From positions 1,860,001-1,924,000 of the forward strand of contig OZ024760.1 of assembly GCA_964016885.1 (NCBI GenBank): 64,000 bases of DNA. The letters run 5' to 3'. This document shows positions 12,667 through 27,136 of the stretch, piece by piece. This DNA comes from Eledone cirrhosa. Its lineage: Eukaryota. The notes beneath the pieces were generated by a model. That model was not told the origin of the DNA. It did not search any database and saw only the letters and a program-made list of their open reading frames with translations. Position 1 is the first letter of the stretch. Each line of letters begins with the position of its first letter. Position numbers and translations under genes: made by a program.

Positions 12667-12845
12667 GAGTGAGAGAAAGGAAATGTGAAAGAGATATAGA
12701 GGAAAGATCAACCCAGTACTTGACTGGTACTTTTTTTATTGACCTTGAATGAATAAAAGGCAAAGTTGACCTCGATGGGATTTGAACTCAGAGCAGATAT
12801 GAATACTACAAAGCATTCTATCCAATGTTCTAACAACTGCCAATT
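12487..12845 (-). mobile_element. SINE family 2 variant with an alternative 3' tail ending (CCATA)n
   Basis: Reverse complement aligns with 20590-20865: Nin-like domain, (CT)n, CTGCTGTATTCAG...ACAACTCCCT tail. Confidence 0.75.
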
Positions 12846-12904
12846 CTTGCCATTTTTAGATAAATATAAACAATTTAAAATAAACAGCTTGCTATTGTAG
12901 AACT

Positions 12905-13066
12905 GGGGTCATTTTCAGTGGTATTTTGTAGTGTTATTATAACCCCCAGTGTATGTAAATCCCAACTCTATCACGTTTGTGGATATATTCTTTTTTGGTT
13001 AAGACTGGGAATCCAGAAGGAATGTGGTTAATGGTTTCTTCCCCACCTCCACATAGTCTGCAATTA
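12905..13066 (-). pseudogene. R4/Dong-like non-LTR fragment (zinc-knuckle region)
   Basis: Translates NCRLCGGGEETINHIPSGFPVLTKKEYIHKRDRVGIYIHW**HYKIP; homologous to 57395-57530. Confidence 0.75.
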
Positions 13067-13330
13067 CTTACTATTTTCTGCTTTAGAAATTTACCAAAAG
13101 CTGGGCTAAAGTGGCAAAGATGGCAACAGTAGATGAGTCAACTCTCAGCATAAATCTGGAGGTTGGTCAACAACAGATTAATGAGGGCACTTGCCCTTTC
13201 TGGTGAAGGTGTTTGTGGATTTGTGGGGTTCCTCAATTAGCTTTAGGTATTTAGCTCACTATACCAGGAGGGCTGAATATTTTATATAACTGTATATTAT
13301 GTACAAAGGTCAGCAGAAAAGTTCAAAGGA

Positions 13331-13625
13331 TGACTATGAAGGAGTGATGCTAGTGTTGTGAAATCTTGCGTGCATTAATTTCAACTCATCTTATTAATAA
13401 CTGAATTGTTTCTTTCCAGGAATTATGTTGAAAAATAAACCTCATTTGCTCATTCCGTGAGAGTATCTTGGTCATAGGCTGACTATGAAGGAGTGATGCT
13501 AGAGCTGTGAAATCTTGTATGCATTAATTTCAAATCTTCTTATTAATAACTACATTGTTTCTTTCCAGGGATTACATTGAAAAATGGATGTCATTTCGTC
13601 ATTCCATGAGAGTATCATGGTCAGC
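13331..13625. repeat. Direct tandem duplication of ~150 bp
   Basis: TGACTATGAAGGAGTGATGCTAG...GAGAGTATC.TGGTCA occurs at 13331 and 13480. Confidence 0.9.
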
Positions 13626-13749
13626 CTTTGATCTTTTCACCTGAACCTTGTATATATACTTTATATACTCCTAGCAAAAGTACCAGTAACGTACTGAGGT
13701 TGATTTAATTGACATTCTCTCCCCAAAATTGTGGGGCCTAAATCAGAGA

Positions 13750-13990
13750 GATTCCCTTCCCGGGTGCCCTCGATGTGTCGGGTGTTTCAAGATTGGAGGG
13801 GTACCTGAGTCGCCCCCGCCCCCTATTGGGGAGTTATTTTGTTATATTTTTATATATATTCTATTTTTAAAATTTTCATTGTTAAATTGGTTTTGTTATT
13901 GTGTATTTTTACTCAATTTTATTTTAAACCCTCTCTGTCCCTGTCTTTGTATTGTCCCCTATATGTCGGCCCTCGAGGCCAATAAATGAA

Positions 13991-14026
<36 letters not shown>
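13750..14026 (+). mobile_element. 3' UTR fragment of Tx1-like LINE with (ATT)n tail
   Basis: Matches 15310-15580 and 16000-16250; ends TGTCGGCCC...AATAAATGAAAT(TAT)n. Confidence 0.75.
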
Positions 14027-14028
<2 letters not shown>

Positions 14029-14138
14029 ACCAGTCACTGATCTGTTTCACAAATTGCCTTCTTTGTTTGATCATTATTCATAACACGGAAAAACATCTCT
14101 CTCCTTCTCCATACATATATATATATACACACACATAT

Positions 14139-14171
<33 letters not shown>

Positions 14172-14190
14172 CACACACACACACATATAT

Positions 14191-14225
<35 letters not shown>

Positions 14226-14228
14226 CAG

Positions 14229-14259
<31 letters not shown>

Positions 14260-14286
14260 CACACACACACGTATATACACACACAC

Positions 14287-14347
<61 letters not shown>

Positions 14348-14354
14348 TATATAT

Positions 14355-14389
<35 letters not shown>

Positions 14390-14638
14390 CATATATATAC
14401 ACACACACACAGATACACACACATATATATAAACACACACACACACATATATATATATACACACACATATATATACATGCGCATACATACATACATATAT
14501 ATATATAAACACACACACACATATATATATATACACACACACATATATATATATATATACACACACACATATATATATATATACACACACATATATATAC
14601 ATGCGCATACATACATACATATATATATACACACACAC

Positions 14639-14679
<41 letters not shown>

Positions 14680-15065
14680 CACACATATACACATGATCTT
14701 TACAGAAACACTATATATAACTCAAATGCTGTTTATTTATATTTTGTTTCCACTTCTTTCTATCAATAATTTTAAAAGAATATTTTTTCCTTTTTCCTAC
14801 GTGATGTTAAAATTACTAGTATTGCTATTGTTATTAAAATCTATATTATTATTATTATTATTATTTGCACTTCATCCCCTCTCCCTGCCCACACATTCCC
14901 CCCACACATTCCTCCCCCCTCCTACCCTCTAAAACAGAATAATACCTTGTTGTGATTTCTAAGATGTAACAACGCCCCTTCACCCCTTTCCTCATACCCC
15001 CCCCCCCCCCATCCTAGAAGATATAAAATACTGAAAAGAAAAATGGAAGTTAAATAAATAAATAT

Positions 15066-16292
15066 AAAAGAGGTTGTATGGTGGACGAGGTTGAAAGGAC
15101 TGAAGACAGACACTTTTCTCTTCGGCCAATCCCTCATCAACTTTTTCAAGTTTCATTTGGAAAGGAAGGTGAGGGTGGAGAGAGAAGTGCTGCCCCCCCC
15201 CCCAGTACATTTGCTGCAAGGTGGGTGAATATGGCGAGAATGGCCCGTGTGAGTGGGCCTACTCTGGTCATGCGACTGTAGGTAGGTAAATTTGAAGAGG
15301 AGAGGGGGTGCCCTTCCAGGGTCCTCTCGAAGCGTCGGGTCGTTCAGGACTGGTGGGGTACCTGAGCGAACCCTGGGTGGTCATCCCCCCTATTGGGGAA
15401 TTTTTTCTTGTTGTAATTTTCTTGTTACTTTGTTATTGCGATTCATATTGTTTACTCGATTTTTCTGTAAAACCCCACTGTCCCCGTCTATTGTATTGTC
15501 CCCTATATGTCGGCCCCACTGTCCCAGTCTTTTGTATTGTCCCCTATATGTCGGCCCTTGTGGCCAATAAATGAAATCATTATTTGCACGCACTTGTCCA
15601 GTGTCCGTGCATTACTGACTTGTGGAGTTATGTTGAACAGCTGTTGTCGCGTGTGGAACGGATCCGGCTATCGGCCGAGTCCATAGTGAAGATCGACCCG
15701 CCGCCTTCTTTTGGCCAGGAAGGGCAGGCAATATTCCTCTGTCTGGTGGCAGTTGCGAAAGAGGTTGTATGGTGGACCAGGTTGAAAGGACTAAAGACAG
15801 ACACTTTTCTCTTCGGCCAATCCCTCATCAACTTCTTCAAGTTTCACCTGGAAAGGAGGGTGAGGGTGGAGAGAGAAGTGCTCCCCCCCCCCCAGTACAT
15901 TTGCTAAAAGGTGGGTGAATGTGGCGAGAATGGCTCGTGTGAATGGGCCTACTCTGACCAAGCGCCTATAGACTAGCTAACTTGAGGAGAGGGGTGCTCT
16001 CCCAGGGTGCCCTAGAAGCGCAGGGTTCGTTCAGGATTGGTGGGGTGCCCGAGTCACCCCAGGGTCGTCCACCCCCTATCGGGGAATTTATTTTGTTATA
16101 TTTATGCATAGTTTATCTTATATTTTTTATATCTTCATTGTTAAATTAGTCTTGCCATTGTGCACTTTTACTCCACCTTATTGTAAACCCCCACTGTCCC
16201 TGTCTTTGTATTGTCCCCTACATGTCGGCCCTTGTGGCTAATAAATGAAATCATTATTATTATTGTTATTATTATTATTATTATTATTATTT
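15066..16292 (+). mobile_element. Two head-to-tail 5'-truncated L1/Tx1-like LINE 3' ends
   Basis: Copy 1 ~15066-15582, copy 2 ~15584-16292; ORF remnant HALVQCPCITDLWSYVEQLL...AKEVVWWTR resembles a Tx1-clade ORF2 C-terminus; AATAAA and (ATT)n tails. Confidence 0.7.
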
Positions 16293-16437
16293 TAATATTT
16301 AAAATGTTTTTTTTCTATATTCCTATTGTCTCAGTCTCTTTTGTTGTTAGTGTTTTTTTGTTTTTTTGTTTCCATTTCAATTCAGCAGGTATTTTAGAAA
16401 ACAAAGACATCAGCTCAGACACACAGCCATATACACA

Positions 16438-16492
<55 letters not shown>

Positions 16493-16663
16493 ATGTATAT
16501 ACAATATATATATATATACATGCATAGACGTATATACATGTAAATACAGACATACACATATATGTACACATACACCTGCAGAGACACACACACATATATA
16601 AGAAAAACAAGAAAAGAGAACTGTCTCTTATACACAAAGATACAGATTGAAGAAAGCAGTATC

Positions 16664-16694
<31 letters not shown>

Positions 16695-17763
16695 TGAATA
16701 TACATACATGTATATAAAGACAGATAAAGAAGATGAAGAGGAAATTCTATTCTGTAGACCAAGAGAGAGAAAGAGAGTGAGAGGGTGAGAGTGATTGAGA
16801 GAGAGAGAGAGAAAGAGTAACTGGGGGAGAGAGAGAGTGACTGAGGGAGAGAGAGAGTGTGTAACTGAGGGAGAGAGAGTGACTGAGGGAGAGAGAGAGT
16901 GTGAGTGACTGAGGGAGAAAGAAAGTGACTGAGGAAGAGAGGGAGAGAGAGTGTGACAGAGACAGAGAGTGATTAAGAGAGAGAGAGAGAGTGATGGATG
17001 GAGAAAGAGAGAACGATGGAGTAAGGGAGAAAGAGAGAATGATGGAGAGAGAGTGATGGATGGAGAGAGAGAGAGTGATGGATGGAGAGAGAGAGAATGA
17101 TGCAGTGAGGGAAGAGAGAGAGAGAGTGTGTAAGGTACTTATTGACACTTTGCTTTTATAGAGAGTCATTTTACAAACATTTTGTATCATAGCTTAAAAG
17201 CTGTTTGTAATTTTAAACTTTTCGTTTTTAAGCATTCTATATTACCAAATGACACAGGATCAGTTCTAGATAGAATTTCAAATCAAGACAAGAACACACA
17301 AAAAAAAAATCCTAACATTAGTTTCAGCCCTATATTTAGTATATCTTTTTTTATATTTTATATTTTTTCACTAACTTTATTTTTGTTTTTTCTAATAAAT
17401 TTCATTTTATTTTATTTTATTTTATTTTATTTTATTTTATTTTATTTTATTTTATTTTATTTTATTTTATTTTTCACTTATTTTTACTTCATTACTATTT
17501 TCATTAAATTTAAAAAATTTTTTTTACATTTAAAAAAAAATATTTAGTTTTACTTGATTTTTCTTTTCTTTATCTACTTATTTTTATTTTTATTTTTATA
17601 TTTTTATTTTATCATTTTATTTTTACACATTAACAAAAAAAAAATGTTTCTTTTCTTTTTTTTTTCGGTTTATATTTATTTCATATTTCATTTTCGCAAT
17701 TATTAACAAAAATGTTTTTTTTTCTAATATTTTTGCTTATTATTAATTTTTTTATTATCATCA

Positions 17764-17819
<56 letters not shown>

Positions 17820-18168
17820 CATCATCATTATTATTGTTTCTATTATTGTAACTTTATTAAATATGAGAATCTTACATTCTAAACATTATTTTTGAATGAA
17901 GATAAAAAGATATTTTTTGTGTGTTGTTGATTATTCCTATGTGTGAGTGATTTCTTTGTGAGTTTCTGTTCGTCTCTCATTGGAACAAATTAAATACATC
18001 GATAGTATAAAGGTTTCTTTCTCTTGCTCTAAAGAGCAAGACATTTGAGATATAAATATAGAGCATACAAAATATTCTAACAATTATAATTTTCAAAGTA
18101 TATATACATATATATATATATATAAATATGTATGTATATGTATATGTGTATATATATATATATTATAT

Positions 18169-18243
<75 letters not shown>

Positions 18244-18709
18244 ATATATATATATATTATATATATATATATTATATATATATATATATATATTATATAT
18301 TTATATATATATATATATTATATATTTATATATATATATATTATATATTTATATATTATATATGTATATATATATATATTATATATTTATATATTATATA
18401 TGTATATATATATATATATTATATATGTATATATATATATATATATATTATATATGTATATATATATATATATATATAATATATGTATATATATATATTT
18501 ATATATTATATATGTATATATATATATATATTATATATGTATATATATATATATATATATATAATATATGTATATATATATATATATATATATTATATAT
18601 GTATATATATATATATATACTTAGGTTAATAGGAGTTAGGTATTGTATACCCGTGTCCCATTAAGGTATTGGCAGCATAATAATTAGCTCTATGCTTTGG
18701 AGCAGAGCC

Positions 18710-18774
<65 letters not shown>

Positions 18775-18951
18775 GTATATATATATATATAAGGAAGCTG
18801 TGGAAACAGCAAAATGCCGTCAATGACGGAGACAGGTAAGATCTACCTCAAAGAATAGAAATCAGTGGCCAAAAGTCTGTTGGTCCATAGAAGTGATAGG
18901 AAGAAATGAGAAAGAGATAAAAGAGTTAAATTGTCGAAACCACAGGCAGTA

Positions 18952-20168
18952 TAAAAGCACCCAGCCCACACTGTAAGGTGGTCATGTAGGTGGCACAGCA
19001 AAAAGCACCCAGTCTACACTGTAATGGAATCATGTAGGTGTCACAGCAAAAAGCACCCAGCCCACACTGTAATGGAATCATGTAGGTGGCACAGCAAAAA
19101 ACAGCCAGCCCACACTGTAAGGAGGTCATGTATGCAGCACGACAAAAAGCACCCAGCCCAAAATGGAAAATGGTCATGTAGGAGTGTCGGCAAAAAGCAT
19201 CCAGCCCACAGTCTAAAGTGGTTGTGTAGGTGTCACGACAAAAAGCACCCAGTCTACACTGTAAGTTGGTCGTGTAGGTGTTATAACAAAAAGCACCCAG
19301 TCTACACTGTAAAGTGGTCGTGTAGGTGTCACAGCCAAAAGCACCCAGTCTATACTGTAAAGTGGTCGTGTAGGTGTCACAGCAAAAAGCATCCAGCCCA
19401 CACTGTAAAGTGGTCATGTAGGTGTCACAGCAAAAAGCACTCAGTCTACACTGTAAAGTGGTCATGTAGGAGTCACAGCAAAAAGCACCCAGCCTACACT
19501 GTAAAGTGGTCATGTAGGTGTCACAGCATAAAGCACCCAGCCCACACTGTAAAGTGGTCATGTAGGTGTCACAGCAAAAAGCACTCAGTCTACACTGTAA
19601 AGTGGTCATGTAGGAGTCACAGCAAAAAGCACCCAGCCCACACTGTAAAGTGGTCATGTAGGAGTCACAGCAAAAAGCACCTCGCCCACACTGTAGAGTG
19701 GTCATGTAGGAGTCACAGCAAAAAGCACCCAACCCACACTGTAAAGTCGTCATGTAGGAGTCACAGCAAAAAGCACCCAGCCCACACTGTAAAGTGGTCA
19801 TGTAGGAGTCACAGCAAAAAGCACCCAGTCTACACTGTAAAGTGGTCATGTAGGAGTCACAACAAAAAGCACCCAGTCCACACTGTAAAGTGGTCATGTA
19901 GGAGTCACAACAAAAAGCACCCAGTCCACACTGTAAAGTGGTCATGTAGGAGTCACAGCAAAAAACACCCAGTCTACACTGTAAAGTGGTCATGTAGGAG
20001 TCACAACAAAAAGCACCCAGCCCACACTGTAAAGTGGTCATGTAGGTGTCATGACAAAAAGCACCCAGTCTACACTGTAAAGTGGTCATGTAGGAGTCAC
20101 AACAAAAAGCACCCAGCCCACACTGTAAAGTGGTCATGTAGGTGTCATGACAAAAAGCACCCAGCACA
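18952..20168 (+). repeat. Minisatellite, 48-bp unit, about 25 copies, derived from the RTE/SINE 3' UTR unit
   Basis: Unit AAAAAGCACCCAGCCCACACTGTAAAGTGGTCATGTAGGAGTCACAGC; runs directly into an RTE-type tail. Confidence 0.96.
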
Positions 20169-20341
20169 TGCTGCAAATGTGGTTGGCATTAGAAAGGGCA
20201 TCCAGTCATAGAAACCAAGCCAGAAACAGTTCTGTGTGAGCAAGACACAGTCACCTGACCCAACATGCCTCAAATAGGACAACCTATCTAACCCATGCTA
20301 GCATGGAAAATGGACATTAAATGATGATGATGATGATGATG
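20169..20341 (+). mobile_element. RTE-type 3' tail terminating the 48-bp array
   Basis: AAGGGCATCCAG...AACCCATGCTAGCATGGAAAATGGACATTAAA(TGA)n. Confidence 0.85.
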
Positions 20342-20589
20342 TACAATTTTAAAACTATGAAATCAGCAGCTAAACAAATTTTGTGAGAAAAAACTTGCTT
20401 AGAAAGAAAAAAATGTTGAAAACAATAGAAGCATTGTACATTGGTCTGAATATAACAGTAAAAAAAATTGTGTGTGTGTTTGTATTTATGTGGAGGTGAT
20501 TCTGTGTGTATGTGTATGCAGCATTGAGTGTATATGTGTGTACATATATAGATATGCATAGGCAGCAAGTTACAATATATTTGTTTTGA

Positions 20590-20868
20590 CTCTCTGCTTT
20601 CTGAGTTCAAATCCCTCTGAGGTCAACTTTGCCTTTCATCCTTTCGAGATTAATAAAGAAAAATACCAGTCTAATACTGGGGGCGATTCTTCCTCTATAT
20701 CTCTTTCTCACTTCCATCCTCTCACTTTCTATCTTTCTCTGGAAAAAAATCTGCTGTATTCAGACTTGGAGAGGAGATGGACTCTGGCAAATTCTTTAAA
20801 ATGTTCTAGAATCGCTGTATGTCAATACAGTGCATATACAACTCCCTCGGGACTTACAGATCCATACA
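20590..20868 (+). mobile_element. SINE family 2 variant (alternative tail)
   Basis: GAGTTCAAATCC, GCCTTTCATCCTTTCG, tail shared with 12487-12620. Confidence 0.75.
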
Positions 20869-21572
20869 TATATATATATATATGTACGCACATACATACA
20901 TGCCTATGTAAGTATGTGTGCTTGTGTATGAGTGAGTATATAAAAATATACTTAAACTCACACATGTAACGACACTAGTACACACACATTCCACTCTGCA
21001 TTCCACCTCGTTACCAAGACTACCTAATAGTCGTCTTGTTTCCACTCTCCATTTTCTATTCATTATCTCACACAATATCGAATCTATTAGATTTTGATAT
21101 AAAAAATAATGGGATTAGTCAAAGCTTCAATGCCCTTGATGGGAGACCCCAACCAGGGTTGATCTATGACTAAACAATAACTCCATCATCGATAATTCCG
21201 CTTTACAAATAGATATTATTTATTTTGAGAACAACACCTTAACATAAATATGAGCAACCAGTTATGGCTGGTTTGAACAGAAAGAGGTGAGAGAAATCTG
21301 GCTGGATGAGGCCGGTTTAAAAATACTAAAAGGTTAAAAAAGGTACTCAATATGTTAGTAGAGTTTAGGCATCTTTATTTTCTGATGATTTCATATGAAT
21401 GAAACAGTTCTAGTCCTGTAGTTCTTTCTATGTAAAATAAAGATATATATATAACATTACCATTACCGTTTAACATCTATTTTTCCATACTTGCATTATA
21501 TATGTTTATATAGTTGCATATAAGCCTATATATATATTTGTGTGTGTGACTGTAGATGTAGGTATATACACA

Positions 21573-21616
<44 letters not shown>

Positions 21617-21789
21617 CACACATATTTTGATCATGTCTTTATTTTTAAATTTATCTCATTCCTTGTATTTTGATCATGCTTTATTTTTATTTTTATCTTT
21701 ATTTTTTATTTTTTCATTCGCACCGTTTCCTTTCGCTATATGTCTCTCCACCACTCCCCTACACACTCTTTGAACTCTGTTCCCACACA

Positions 21790-21912
21790 CTTCTCACCTG
21801 AGGAAGGGCTTATGCCCGAAATGTCGTCCCTCACCAACACCCCACTCTCTGAAATTAATAAACATTCGTTGTACTGCCTCTCTGTTTTGTCCCTGTTCAA
21901 ATTTTTCCATTA
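21790..21912 (+). mobile_element. Penelope-like terminal fragment with minimal hammerhead motif
   Basis: CTGAGGA-AGGGC-TTAT-GCCC-GAAA; family copies at 43922-44040 (minus; CTGAAGA...GAAACGTC), 22488-22530 (tail only) and diverged at 5330-5470. Confidence 0.6.
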
Positions 21913-22443
21913 TATATATATACACACACACATATATATGTGCATTCATTTTGTGCCAAACATTAAGAACGTTTGATATACAGACGCAAACACATATATA
22001 AACATACACACACACACAAACATATATATATATATATAGTTATACATACATACATATATGTGTGTATCCAAATATGTTAGTTCATAAGTATGATTAAACC
22101 AAGACTTTGAGTTCATACCAAAGGTTTCAAACAGCTTACAGGCAAAGAAAGTTTCTTGTAATTCTCAAGATATTTACAACATATATATTAAAAAAAAACC
22201 CAATAAAATAATAAATACATACACACTTAGTACAAAACATTACAGGGGTGTGTGTTTGTGTGTGAGTGTGAGTGTGTGTGTGTGTGAGTGTGTGTCTGTG
22301 AGTGCACACTTATGAACATCTATCAACGAATATGTATGTAAAGTTATGTATGGTCTCCCTCTCTTTATATATATATATATATACACACTTATATATAAAT
22401 ATATATATATAAATATATATATATACATTATATATATATATAC

Positions 22444-22493
<50 letters not shown>

Positions 22494-22545
22494 AAAATGG
22501 AACGGGAACAAAACAGGGAGGCAGTACGAATATATATATATAGAA

Positions 22546-22576
<31 letters not shown>

Positions 22577-22597
22577 TATATATATATATATATATAG

Positions 22598-22630
<33 letters not shown>

Positions 22631-22633
<3 letters not shown>

Positions 22634-22824
22634 AAATGTATGACCCCGACGGCAGAGCTCAAGCCGTTTCGACGTCTATTTCTTAGTCCATAAATAGCCG
22701 TCGAAACGGCTTGAGCTCTGCCGTCGGGGTCATAATTTTTCCTATTTCCCACTCTACTACCCTAAGTATTGAGTACTCTGGTGCGTTATGGTCCATCTGG
22801 TTCCTTACCACAATTCCTTTGTTA
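22631..22824 (+). mobile_element. Fold-back insertion carrying the 3' half of a hammerhead on both arms
   Basis: 22640-22681 is inverted at 22692-22733; GAAAC-GGC-ttgagctct-GCC-GTC; related element at 55738-55920; (TA)n flanks. Confidence 0.65.
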
Positions 22825-23223
22825 TATATATATATAAATGAAATAACAGGAGGCTGGACTGGTGTATTCGCACCACCAACTACACAAACGAAGATGGGTG
22901 AACTGCACTGCGTTGAGTACCCTTCACAATATTAGACCAGGATTGACCATACGGACTGACCAGTTCTATCCAGTGGTGAACCAACAAACCTTAAGATATA
23001 TATATATATATATAGATATATATATATACACATATATATACACACACAGAGAAGGAAAAGGAGATAGAGAGAACTCTTTTACTTTCATTAGAGACCAGGG
23101 TGTATGTAGGAAAAAATACAAGATTGATTAAAATGGACTGTACCAAAAAGAAGAAAAAAAATTGAAATATCGATGCAATGCAGTCTCAAAAATCTATCCA
23201 GTACCAGAAATACACACACACAC

Positions 23224-23316
<93 letters not shown>

Positions 23317-23337
23317 CACACATATATATATATATAT

Positions 23338-23400
<63 letters not shown>

Positions 23401-24111
23401 CATATATATATACACACACACACATATATATATATAAATGATATATATATTGCTATATCAGACAAAAGTAAGAAACACTCTTTTTTTCAGAATGAAATAT
23501 CATCATTTTTTCTTCAAGATATTTTTTTCCTCATCTATACATGTATGTATATATATACATCTATGTATATATATATATGTGTGTGTGTGCGTGTATGTCT
23601 GTGTGTGTGTATGTACATATATATATATATATATATCTGTGTGTCTGTGTGTATGTCTGTGTGTGTGTATATATATATATATAGATATATATATGTATGT
23701 CTGTGTGTGTATCTATATATATATGTGTATGTCTGTGTGTGTGTATGTATATATATATATATATGTGTATGTCTGTGTGTGTGTATGTATATATATATAT
23801 ATATTTTTTTTTTATTTGCATCTGCGCCTATGGATGCTTGTTTGTGTCTGTGTGTATATATCTATGTGAATGTATAGGTATGTGTGTGTCTATATACCTA
23901 TGTGAGCATACATGCATGTGTATGTGTATATGAGATGGAATATGCCTTGTAAACAATACTAAGACCAGGTAATCGTATAAACAAAAAGCAACAACAGATA
24001 AACACAACAAAAAAAAACAAGAAAAAAACTAACAAAGAAATAAAAACAAACACAAATGCTTCCAAACATAGAACTATGGTATAGACAGTTGCATATACAT
24101 ACATATATACT

Positions 24112-24146
<35 letters not shown>

Positions 24147-24389
24147 GCATATATGTACATACATATATATATATGTACATATATACATATATATATACAT
24201 ATATATTTATATATATATGTACATACATATATATATGTATATATATGTACATATATACATATATATACATACATATATATTCATACATATATATATACAT
24301 ACATATATATATACATACATAGAGACATACATATATAAATATACATACATATATACATATATATATATATGTACATATATATATGTACA

Positions 24390-24439
<50 letters not shown>

Positions 24440-24485
24440 TATATATATATATATGTACATATATATATATGTACATATACTTATA

Positions 24486-24524
<39 letters not shown>

Positions 24525-24964
24525 GCATATATATATATATATATACATTACACCCAACCACACAGAAAACCAAACCAAAGACACCTCTTCATCATTTATT
24601 GATAGAAAAGCTGGCTTTTATCCAAAAACTCTTCCATAATAATAATACTGATAATGATAACAATAGAAATTACTACTACTACTACTACTACTACTACTGA
24701 TGAGGATAATGTTTTTTTGCTTTGTTTTTTCTGACATCCTCTGATTTTTTGTGGTGGGTGTGTATGTGTATTGTGTGTGTGTGTGTATATATATATGTGT
24801 ATGTGTGTGGTGTATGGTGTGTTTATAAATGTATGTATGTGTGAGTGTGTGTGTGTGGTGTATGTGTCTTTTACAGCTGTTGTTTATTGTTAGTTTCTCT
24901 CTTATTTTAGATTTATATGACTTTGTCATTTCATACCAATGGAACTTCTACACACATACACATG

Positions 24965-25056
<92 letters not shown>

Positions 25057-25944
25057 CATACACACATATATAGCTGATTTTTTTTTTGTCTTGAAACAGT
25101 CCATTATATATACATATATATACGCACACACACATATATATATACACACACACACATATATATATACACACACACATGCATATATAGACACACACACATA
25201 TACAGCTGATTTTTTTTTGTCTTGAAACAGTCCAATATATATACATATATATATACACACACACACACATATATATATATATACACACACACATACATAT
25301 ATAGACACACACACACACATACAGCTGATTTTTTTTTTGTCTTGAAACAGTCCAGATATAAAGGCAAGTCATCATTTTTCAGAATAATTCTCATTCATTC
25401 TCCCCCCCCCCCCACCACCACCTCTTCTTACACCCATCCCCCCTCCACCACCATATTCTCCCCCCCACCACCACCAAAAAATGTTTTTACTGTCACCACC
25501 TTACCCACCAAATCCACCACCACCACCATCATGCCCCTCCCACTGCTACCACCCCCACCACCACCATATTTTTCTGTCTTGAGAATTTAGCCAAACTTTT
25601 TCAGGAATATTGTTATATGTATTGATTGATCCAAGCCAAGTACAACATTTCATCATCATCATCGTCATCATTATATATTTTAAAAGCTTTTTGCCCCCAT
25701 CCCCATCCCAATTCTGCTACCAGGGGTTTCCAAGGTTTGTCTGTTCTTAATAAGAATTACTGACTCTTGCTCGATGGGTTGGAAGACCACGTTCAGACTT
25801 TGCCTTGCTTCCTATGGCCTCATACCTTTCCTAAAACCAACCATTTTACAGAGTTTACTGGGTGTCTTGCACCGTGGTACCATCACCACAGGGGTTGATT
25901 ACCAGTAACACTAACACAGTGTGATTCGTAATAGAAATCTTTAA

Positions 25945-26723
25945 CCCTTTAGCATTCAAACCGGCCGTATGTGGCCAGATTTCTCTCAACTTTTTCTGTT
26001 CAAACCATAACCAGCTACTCATACTTATGTTAAGATATTTAAAATAAATAGTTTTGTATGACAGAATGAGGGTTAATTTCAGGCAGTTTGATATCAAATA
26101 GGTTAAGCTTATGATTGGAACATAACTTAACAAAGGTTCTTACATAAAATTATGGTGGAATATTTTTAGATAAACATAAACACTTTAAAATAAATAGTTT
26201 TGTATCATAGAATGAGGGTTAGTTTCAGGCAGTTTGATATCAAATAGGTTAAGCTGATGATTGGAACATAACTTAACAAAGGTTCTTTCATAAAATTATA
26301 TGGAATGTTTTTAGAACTATAAACACTTTAATTCTTTAGCATTTAAACTGGCCATATCTGACCAGAATTCTCCCACCTCTTTCTCTTCAAGTTGGCCGTA
26401 ACCAGCTGCTCATACTTATGTTAAAGTATTGTTTTCAAAATAAATAATATTAAAAAATCCCAGTGGAAGGAAGACACAGTAGAGGAAGACCACGAAAAAC
26501 ATGGGTGGAGGTGGTGAGAGCTAACCTCAGATTGCTGAAGCTGACGGAGGAGATGACGAAGGACCGTGACAAGTGGAGAGATGCTGTGCTGAATAGGACC
26601 CGTCCCACCCTTGCAAGCAGGGAAAAGCGGACGTAAGGTGATGATGATGATGATGATGATGATTCAAAAGGGTTTTCCATGAAAATACATTAGTAAATAT
26701 AAAGTAATGTAAATGTTAAAGGG
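25945..26723. mobile_element. Non-autonomous piggyBac-like element
   Basis: TTAA|CCCTTTAGCATT ... AATGTTAAAGGG|TTAA; internal ~140-bp duplication; related end at ~21290-21337. Confidence 0.65.
26455..26663 (+). mobile_element. 3' fragment of RTE 'LINE B' nested in the piggyBac-like element
   Basis: Matches 29995-30197 (PVEGRHSRGRPRKTWVEVV...), (GAT)n tail. Confidence 0.88.
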
Positions 26724-27136
26724 TTAAATCACTTGTGATGGTATTTCAGTTTCAGACGTTATACTGGGCCACGGTGGATGACACCACATTCACTAAATAT
26801 CACCTCTCTAAGCACAGCCGTCAATATTTCCCTCAAATTATTCTATACAGTTTCTTTACAACACTACTTAAATCTGACCACATATACACACACACACAAA
26901 TATATATATATATATATATATGCAAAAGTTTTATTTAAAATTGTTGGGTTACAACAAGTAAATATTTTATAACTGATATAAAGCACTCAACAAGTTTTGG
27001 AGTAGATATACGATATTAAACAAATGGAAACTACATTTATAAAACCATATTTATTTCATTATACATATTTCGGGGATACCATATTAAAAATATGGCATGC
27101 CTTCTTCAGATAAAATACAATATATAAACAGTTTTA

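Noticed and set aside
13385-13425. Splice-acceptor-like TTTCTTTCCAG|G suggesting a host exon
   Set aside because: Duplicated with the 150-bp repeat and not followed by a credible coding frame; micro-exons elsewhere cannot be excluded without RNA data.
18926-20211. 416-aa and 395-aa Cys/His-rich repeat ORFs on opposite strands
   Set aside because: They arise because the 48-bp unit is a multiple of three; the unit derives from a retroposon UTR and has no gene context.
20965-21075. Possible solo LTR (TGTAAC...CA)
   Set aside because: Short, with no clear inverted terminus, target-site duplication or second copy.
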